Below, piece after piece: positions 59,724 to 64,000 of a stretch of 64,000 bases of DNA. The stretch covers positions 12,523-76,522 of the forward strand of contig CAWACC010000008.1 of the NCBI GenBank assembly GCA_963780445.1, read 5' to 3'. The notes below the pieces were generated by a model that searched no databases, was not told where the DNA came from, and saw only the letters and a list, made by a program, of their open reading frames with translations. Position 1 is the first letter of the stretch, and every line of letters begins with the position of its first letter. The DNA is from an uncultured Parachlamydiaceae bacterium (GTDB lineage Bacteria; Chlamydiota; Chlamydiia; Chlamydiales; Parachlamydiaceae). Position numbers and translations under genes: made by a program.

Positions 59724-60581
59724 CTAGCCAAACGACTTCCGAGCCAAGGCAAAGCCAAGGTCCTTATGTGGATTGTCAGTGGCGTTGAAGACAACAAGGC
59801 CGGAAAGCGCAAAACCTAAACCGATTCGTAATCCTCGAGTCTGCTCATTAACACGTACCCAATTGTATTGAAGTTTAGCCCAATCCCATATAAAATTGCG
59901 CTCTCCAGATCGGACATATTCCATATACATGCTGATAGCTGTATCCATAAATCCTGAAATAGTCATACCAGGTACATTTTTATTTATCTCCTTGGCAAAC
60001 TTTTGCTGATCTTCATAACTTCTACCTTGGCCTATGATTTCTTTGCTTATCAACACCCAATGCGGCTTTTCAAGATTTCTTTTTTCTTGATAAGCTTCTT
60101 TCCAGGATCCTGGATTAAAACCAATTTTATTTCCTTTTGTTGAATTTTCCACCAGTTTGCTAATAACCTCCAGCCTATCCAATGGAACTTTTTTGACCGC
60201 CTCGATATCCACAGATGTTACATTTTCTTGCATTACCTTGACTGTTTCAGGGATGAAAGTAAGGTAGTAGTTCCCCCTTTTCATATCTCCATAGACCCGC
60301 CTTGGCAGTGGGAGTTCTTCTCCGGCATCCACTCCAATATATTCTTTCCATTCGCGGCTGCCAAAAGCGGTGGCTGGGCGTATCGTTTCTCGCAAGACCT
60401 TATCATCGGCCAAATTCCGCCACTCGTTGCAAACCAAAGCCAGCTGGTGAAGATCTGCTTTCGCATTTTGGAAAATAATGCGAGTGACATCCAATGGAAG
60501 TAGACTGGTTTTACCTATGGGATCTACTAGAGGCTGTCCGCTTTGAGAATCTATTCCTGTAACAACGTTACTTATATTCAT
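59724..60581 (-). CDS. F-box-like protein (paralog family 1, divergent third member)
   Basis: 285 aa. LPLDVTRIIFQNAKADLHQLALVCNEWRNLADDKVLRETIRPATAFGSREWKEYIGVDAGEELPLP aligns with the 25542 and 26700 proteins. Confidence 0.6.
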   Translation of the reverse strand: MNISNVVTGIDSQSGQPLVDPIGKTSLLPLDVTRIIFQNAKADLHQLALVCNEWRNLADDKVLRETIRPATAFGSREWKEYIGVDAGEELPLPRRVYGDMKRGNYYLTFIPETVKVMQENVTSVDIEAVKKVPLDRLEVISKLVENSTKGNKIGFNPGSWKEAYQEKRNLEKPHWVLISKEIIGQGRSYEDQQKFAKEINKNVPGMTISGFMDTAISMYMEYVRSGERNFIWDWAKLQYNWVRVNEQTRGLRIGLGFALSGLVVFNATDNPHKDLGFALARKSFG

Positions 60582-60764
60582 AAAAGAACTCCTTTAGTTT
60601 TATAATATTTCATTTGACAGGGATTTCAATACGTGCTAATTTGACATTAAATGTAAAATCCGCACAAATACAATAGAGAAAATGATTATCGACGAATTTC
60701 AATATGTTCCGCAAACACTTTTCTTAAAAAACCAGACAAGAAGCCAAGGGAATGTCTTTTCAAT

Positions 60765-60802
60765 CATATGCTTCACCTTGCCATAACTTTTTAGGACGTA
60801 CG
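60765..60802. repeat. Partial family-D fragment
   Basis: CATATGCTTCACCTTGCCATAACTTTTTAGGACGTACG matches the right arm of the family-D elements. Confidence 0.75.
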
Positions 60803-60809
60803 AAAAGTA

Positions 60810-61847
60810 TTACAGATGCAGCAGCAAGGAATGTTCTTCCATCTTAGGATAGGTGTTGAATTCTTTGCAAAGGGCTTCCATTTCGTAAAGGGTTTCTTTT
60901 TCTTCGGATAGATTGACCTGAAATTGGGAAATAGATATAGGAAGCATCTGCACCGATAGCAGGCGCTGTTTGTTTAGTTTGACGATGAAAAAGAAAGAGC
61001 GATCATTGCGCAGGACCGGATCTACAGCGTAATCATCGACTAGTTCTCCTGTGTCATACAAAATCAGTTTGTTTTTATAGGCTTCGACCCCCTGAAAAAC
61101 ATGCGCACTATGCCCATGCACGATATCAACGCCAAGGTCGATCACTTCATGGGCAAAAGATCGAAAATAGGAATAGGGCCTTTTACGCATATTCGGCCCC
61201 CAATGAAGAGACAGGATCAACACATCTACCTTAGTCCTGAGAGAAGCAATGGAATCCCGGATTACCCCTGCATCGCCTATTTCAATAAAATTCGTTCCAG
61301 GATGATCCTTAGAGGCTATCCAACCAGGCTCATTGTCGGTACAGCCGAGCAGTCCGATTTTTATTCCCTTTTTTGTGAGGACCGCAGGCATTTTGGCATG
61401 GGCTATAGAGGTGCCCGCTCCCACGTGGAGAATATGGGCCTGGTCCAAGGTTCTAATGGTTTCCTTAAGCCCCTCTTCAGAAAAATCGAGGATGTGATTA
61501 TTGGCCAGATTGACAGCGTGGATATGGCCTGCTGTAAGGGCTGCGACCTTGTCAGGGCTTGCCTTGAAATTAAACACTTTAGGACGCAGCTTTTTGCTTT
61601 TGGTCAACGTCGTTTCCAAATTGACAATATTGACATCATTGCAAGCGAGAATCGGGTGTAAGTTACCCCAAATATACGATGGAGGATAACGATCCAGATA
61701 CGTATTGACAAGGCGTCCGATCATCAGGTCTCCTCCCAAACCAATGGAGAGAACGGGATCTTCCTTCCATTTCTGAAGCAGCTGCAACAATATGGCCTGG
61801 TATGGGAACCCAGCCAAAAGAGGTGATGACATGCAGGACACTCCCAA
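60810..61847 (-). CDS. CapA/PgsA-family (PGA_cap) metallophosphatase-like protein
   Basis: 345 aa with the blocks LGGDLMIGR, NLETTLT, NLANNHILDF, SLHWGPN and IVHGHSAHVFQG. The start is uncertain: the annotated 5' end overlaps the upstream gene by 124 nt. Confidence 0.75.
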   Translation of the reverse strand: MGVSCMSSPLLAGFPYQAILLQLLQKWKEDPVLSIGLGGDLMIGRLVNTYLDRYPPSYIWGNLHPILACNDVNIVNLETTLTKSKKLRPKVFNFKASPDKVAALTAGHIHAVNLANNHILDFSEEGLKETIRTLDQAHILHVGAGTSIAHAKMPAVLTKKGIKIGLLGCTDNEPGWIASKDHPGTNFIEIGDAGVIRDSIASLRTKVDVLILSLHWGPNMRKRPYSYFRSFAHEVIDLGVDIVHGHSAHVFQGVEAYKNKLILYDTGELVDDYAVDPVLRNDRSFFFIVKLNKQRLLSVQMLPISISQFQVNLSEEKETLYEMEALCKEFNTYPKMEEHSLLLHL

Positions 61848-62212
61848 AACTCCTTAATAGTAGTCCGAATCTGTTCCGGAAGATCATCTGGCGGTTGTGT
61901 CTTCTCAAACAGTGAATTGCATTTTAGACATCTGGAAAAAGGGCGATATAGCCAATCCACATTCTTTTCTTCTTTCAATTGCTCCATCCATTCGCTTAAA
62001 CCTTCCTCTTTCAGGTAAATAACGGTTTTCTGTTCTGGGTCCAATTTTAGAAAATATTTGTCCCGCGTGATAAGGCAACGATTTTCTTCGACAGCTTTTT
62101 CAAAAATTTTTTTATCGTCCATCGCTCCTTCAATAATGACCGTATCATAACCGGCTATCCGTAGCCATTTTCCCAATTCTGCACACATGTGATCGCAAAG
62201 AAATTTTATCAT
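61724..62212 (-). CDS. Mut7-C RNase domain (DUF82, PIN-like + zinc ribbon) protein
   Basis: 162 aa. FLCDHMCAELGKWLRIAGYDT...RCLITRDK...FSRCLKCN...ECPACHHLFWLGSH matches the Mut7-C pattern. The tail after GSH looks non-native. Confidence 0.65.
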   Translation of the reverse strand: MIKFLCDHMCAELGKWLRIAGYDTVIIEGAMDDKKIFEKAVEENRCLITRDKYFLKLDPEQKTVIYLKEEGLSEWMEQLKEEKNVDWLYRPFSRCLKCNSLFEKTQPPDDLPEQIRTTIKEFWECPACHHLFWLGSHTRPYCCSCFRNGRKIPFSPLVWEET

Positions 62213-62305
62213 AACTCCACCCTATTAGGTTATTACATTGAACTTAAAAGCTCACATTTTCTATACTACATATAATTATACTATATTATTACCCAAGTTA
62301 AACAG

Positions 62306-64000
62306 ATGCTTTTATTTAATGCAGAATCCATTTCAAAATCTTTTGGGACCCGCGTCCTCTTCGAGGATCTATCCATCAGCATTTTCAACGGAGACAGAAT
62401 CGGCCTGATAGGTCAGAACGGATCGGGTAAATCGACCTTTTTAAAAATATTGGTGGGATGGGAAAAACCGGACTCAGGCATTTTATCTCCGCGCCGAGGC
62501 CTTAAAGTAGGGTATGTCCCGCAAACCTGCGATTTTCCAGACCGAAAACCCTTAGATATTTTAATGGATGCCATTCAGACCACGGCACATATTCCCGACT
62601 ACGAAAAAGAAAGGGCTGCTAAAACGTGGTTGAGCAAACTGAATTTTACCGGAAGCGAACCCTCTGCGGCCTTGCTGTCGGGAGGATGGAAAAAACGGCT
62701 GATGATAGCCCATGAGATGATAAATTCCCCTGACCTGCTGCTTTTGGACGAACCGACCAACCATCTGGACCTTGAAGGAATCCTCTGGCTGGAAAAATTC
62801 CTGAAACAGGAAGTCCCCACTTACCTGCTCGTCAGCCACGACCGCTACTTCCTGCAGCATGCCACAAACCGGATGATCGAAATAGGCACAGCCTACCCTA
62901 AAGGCCTTTTTGCCATTGACGGCCCTTATTCCCATTTCTTGGCGAAAAAAGAAGAATTTCTTCAGGGTCAGATCCAGCAGGAACGCTCTCTGGCTTCCAA
63001 GGTGCGGCGGGAGATGGAATGGCTTCGCTCCAACCCCAAAGCACGCACTACAAAATCCCAGGCCCGAATCGATCAGGCCATGGAATGGATTGACGATCTG
63101 TCGGAAGTCAAAGAACGCAACAGGCAACGCAGAGCTTCCATAGATTTTGCAGCCAGCGAACGAGAGACCCGAAAACTTCTCGTGGCAAAAAACATCGAAA
63201 AAGAACTGGGAAATAAAGCGCTGTTCCAAAATCTGGATTTCACCCTTTCTCCAGGGACCCGCATGGGGTTAATAGGGCCCAACGGCTCAGGAAAGACGAC
63301 GTTGCTGCGCATTCTCGCGTCGGAATTGGCGATAGACAAAGGGACCATAAAAAGAGCGGACAACCTCCAAACGGTGTACTTTGATCAACATCGCAGCAAG
63401 CTGCCGGACCATATTACCTTGAGGGAAGCCCTTTGTCCCCAAGGGGATTTTGTCCAGTTCCGAGGCCAAGCCATCCATGTCAATGGATGGTGCAAACGTT
63501 TCCTGTTTTCTCCGGACATTTTGGGCATGCCGCTCAGCCAACTCTCCGGAGGTGAACGGGCCCGCATTTCGATCGCCCACCTGATGCTCCAACCGGCAGA
63601 CCTGCTATTGCTGGACGAACCCACAAACGACCTCGATATACCTACTTTGGAAACCCTGGAGCTCAATCTTCTAGATTTTCCAGGCGCTGTGGTCCTGATA
63701 ACTCACGACCGGTGTATGATGGACCGGATTTGCACGGCATTTCTGGCCCTTGGCGACCTTTCCAATACACAGATTTATCCTGATTATGCCCAATGGGAGG
63801 CCTCGGCCAAGAAAAGCCTTACCGAAGCTGAACCTGTCAAACAGAAGATAACTAAAGAAGAATCCCGCCCAGCCAAATCCAGGCTATCCTATAAAGAAAA
63901 GCGGGAATATGATGAGATGGAGGGTAAAATCCAAACACTGGAACAGGAGATGCAGCAGTTGACGCTGATCCTGGAAAATCCCTCCCATGCCCAAAATGAT
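62306..64000 (+). CDS. ABC-F family ATPase (Uup/EttA-like), 3'-truncated by the window end
   Basis: Not in the ORF track because no stop is reached. The frame is open from the ATG at 62306 for 565 codons. It has two ABC cassettes: Walker A GQNGSGKST and GPNGSGKTT, signatures LSGGWKKRL and LSGGERARI, Walker B LLLLDEPTNHLD and LLLLDEPTNDLD, and a charged inter-domain linker. Confidence 0.9.
   Translation, partial: MLLFNAESISKSFGTRVLFEDLSISIFNGDRIGLIGQNGSGKSTFLKILVGWEKPDSGILSPRRGLKVGYVPQTCDFPDRKPLDILMDAIQTTAHIPDYEKERAAKTWLSKLNFTGSEPSAALLSGGWKKRLMIAHEMINSPDLLLLDEPTNHLDLEGILWLEKFLKQEVPTYLLVSHDRYFLQHATNRMIEIGTAYPKGLFAIDGPYSHFLAKKEEFLQGQIQQERSLASKVRREMEWLRSNPKARTTKSQARIDQAMEWIDDLSEVKERNRQRRASIDFAASERETRKLLVAKNIEKELGNKALFQNLDFTLSPGTRMGLIGPNGSGKTTLLRILASELAIDKGTIKRADNLQTVYFDQHRSKLPDHITLREALCPQGDFVQFRGQAIHVNGWCKRFLFSPDILGMPLSQLSGGERARISIAHLMLQPADLLLLDEPTNDLDIPTLETLELNLLDFPGAVVLITHDRCMMDRICTAFLALGDLSNTQIYPDYAQWEASAKKSLTEAEPVKQKITKEESRPAKSRLSYKEKREYDEMEGKIQTLEQEMQQLTLILENPSHAQND

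Noticed and set aside
62561-63666. Minus-strand ORFs 62561..63229, 63073..63363, 63287..63592 and 63385..63666
   Set aside because: They are antisense shadows of the plus-strand ABC-F ATPase gene, which has unmistakable Walker and signature motifs but is absent from the track because it has no stop codon in the window.

Overview
This 64-kb window is from a member of the Chlamydiae outside the Chlamydiaceae, probably an amoeba-associated 'environmental' chlamydia. Two things support this. The 16S rRNA 5' end reads GAGAATTTGATCTTGGTTCAGATTGAATGCTGACGGCGTGGATGAGGCATGCAAGTCGAACG. The V-type ATPase operon has the chlamydial order atpE, DUF2764 gene, atpA-B-D-I-K. Housekeeping content: the V-ATPase operon; one rRNA operon on the minus strand (16S, tRNA-Ala, tRNA-Ile, 23S, 5S); prpC-prpD; icd; pdhABC; hemA; kdsD; argS; an ABC-F ATPase that runs off the window end and is missing from the ORF track; and several transporters. 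Interleaved with these are AT-richer accessory genes with eukaryote-like domains: a Ser/Thr kinase, a RasGEF_N+RasGEF protein with a proline-rich N-terminal half, about eight F-box or F-box-like proteins (partnered with Sel1, LRR, ankyrin or an unknown domain) including a 2-copy and a 3-copy tandem array, a large ankyrin protein, and proline-rich proteins. The most unusual signal is non-coding. At least six families of small palindromic elements occupy many intergenic spacers. Three families have arms made of roughly 9-bp-periodic direct repeats (CACTGAG, AAGGGAC, AACGAC) and are nested inside one another. One 62-bp palindrome has a paralogous empty site and an 8-bp target duplication. A roughly 355-bp nested palindrome splits the V-ATPase operon. 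Several genes have 3' ends, and therefore C-terminal tails, inside these repeats. pdhA and pdhB carry three single-base frame disruptions, which are either decay or sequence error. All coordinates and folds were worked out by eye, with no searches run.
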